A stretch of 64,000 nucleotides of DNA from positions 751,433-815,432 of the forward strand of contig JAIOIE010000018.1 of the NCBI GenBank assembly GCA_019912665.1, in the 5' to 3' direction. Under the pieces are notes generated by a model, which ran no database searches, was not told the DNA's origin, and was given only the letters and a program-made list of their open reading frames with translations. This document shows, in pieces, positions 63,235 through 64,000 of the stretch (positions are counted from its first letter, which is position 1; every line of letters starts with the position of its first letter). Position numbers and translations under genes: made by a program. The DNA is from Deltaproteobacteria bacterium. Lineage in GTDB: Bacteria > Desulfobacterota > GWC2-55-46.

Positions 63235-64000
63235 TCAGATGAGGAACCTTCTCCTCCGGTTGTCCTTTCTATCGGGACTCACGGGCGATGTTACGACCTC
63301 GGCCCCCTCGCCGATGCCGCCCCTTATCTCTATTAAAGCCCCGTCGGTCTCTCCTGTCTCGACCTGCACGAACTCCTGCTCCTTGCCCTTGACCACGTAT
63401 ACCCCGGACTTCCTGTTAAGCGTCTTTATCGCTTCCCTCGGTACAAGGAGCACGCCGCTTCTCGTGCTTGTCACTATCTTGACGTCGGCGGTCATGCCGG
63501 GCTTAAGGAGCGCCTTGTCCTCATCGGTGACCCTCACTACCACGTCGAAGACCGTTACAGCCATCTCTGTCCTACCCTTGGGCGCGACCCGCTCGACCGC
63601 CCCCCGGAACTTCTTTCCCGGCAGGGAGTCGGCCCTCACTTCCACTTCCTGCCCCGGCTTTATCTTCGAGATATCCACCTCGTCTATGTGCGCCGTGACG
63701 AAGATATCATCCAGATTGGCTATGCTGAATATCTGCGTGCCGTCCGAGGCCGATGAGATGGTCGAGGATATCACCTGCCCCCTGTCCACTAATTTTTTGA
63801 GTATCGTCCCGGTAAAAGGCGACTTTATCTTAGTGTCCGCGAGCCTGTCCCTGGCCTCTTTAAGCGCCTCTACGGACTGCAAGAGCTCGGCTTCTGCGAG
63901 CTTCACGTCGGCCCCGGCCTTCTCAAAGGCTATCTCGGAATCGTCCAGCTCCTGCCTTGAGACGATGCCGTCGCCGTAGAGCCTTTTCTGCCTGGAGAGC
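63235..64000 (-). CDS. Efflux periplasmic adaptor (HlyD/MacA family), C-terminal part; the gene continues beyond the window
   Basis: Beta-barrel and membrane-proximal domain pattern. The frame is open to nt 64000. Confidence 0.65.
   Translation of the reverse strand, partial: LSRQKRLYGDGIVSRQELDDSEIAFEKAGADVKLAEAELLQSVEALKEARDRLADTKIKSPFTGTILKKLVDRGQVISSTISSASDGTQIFSIANLDDIFVTAHIDEVDISKIKPGQEVEVRADSLPGKKFRGAVERVAPKGRTEMAVTVFDVVVRVTDEDKALLKPGMTADVKIVTSTRSGVLLVPREAIKTLNRKSGVYVVKGKEQEFVQVETGETDGALIEIRGGIGEGAEVVTSPVSPDRKDNRRRRFLI

Overview
The window has two compositionally distinct halves. Positions ~1-24,600 are a lower-GC accessory/defence island; positions ~25,000-64,000 are high-GC (~60%) core chromosome.

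Island contents, in order:
- The 3' end of a HerA-like ATPase gene.
- A Shango-like TerB-domain protein / P-loop ATPase / DEAD-DEAH helicase triad. Its ATPase gene is split by an IS3-family insertion sequence with a 4-bp CCTT target duplication; precise excision restores the reading frame.
- A heavily decorated type I R-M locus: hsdM (frameshifted) - DUF1016 nuclease - ORF6N remnant - hsdS - three inserted genes - Fic - hsdR. Each inserted cassette is delimited by a duplicated hsdS 3' tail or hsdR 5' head, which looks like cassette stacking by recombination.
- A SEC-C-motif mini-ORF and an unknown 605-aa protein.
- Two direct copies of a tRNA-fMet 3' half plus terminator (att-like island scars), bracketing a repetitive lipoprotein gene.

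Core contents:
- A polytopic membrane protein, an SRPBCC protein and a RadC-like protein.
- A signalling cluster: sigma-54 PAS/GAF regulator, MEDS-PAS histidine kinase, receiver proteins, and a frameshifted MEDS-PAS sensor.
- A cobalamin riboswitch ahead of a solitary CbiM-like membrane protein.
- A GT2 glycosyltransferase.
- A syntenic lipid A / outer-membrane biogenesis cluster: lpxL-like, lpxK, waaA, DUF374 (broken at an A10 tract), msbA, lpxB, Gfo/Idh/MocA, lpxA, fabZ, lpxD, skp, bamA, lolD, lolCE.
- lysS, ald, an HDAC-family gene, and a MacAB-like ABC efflux set.

No CRISPR array or intact rRNA/tRNA gene was found. Several frameshifts (hsdM, MEDS sensor, DUF374, ORF6N) could be genuine decay or assembly error.
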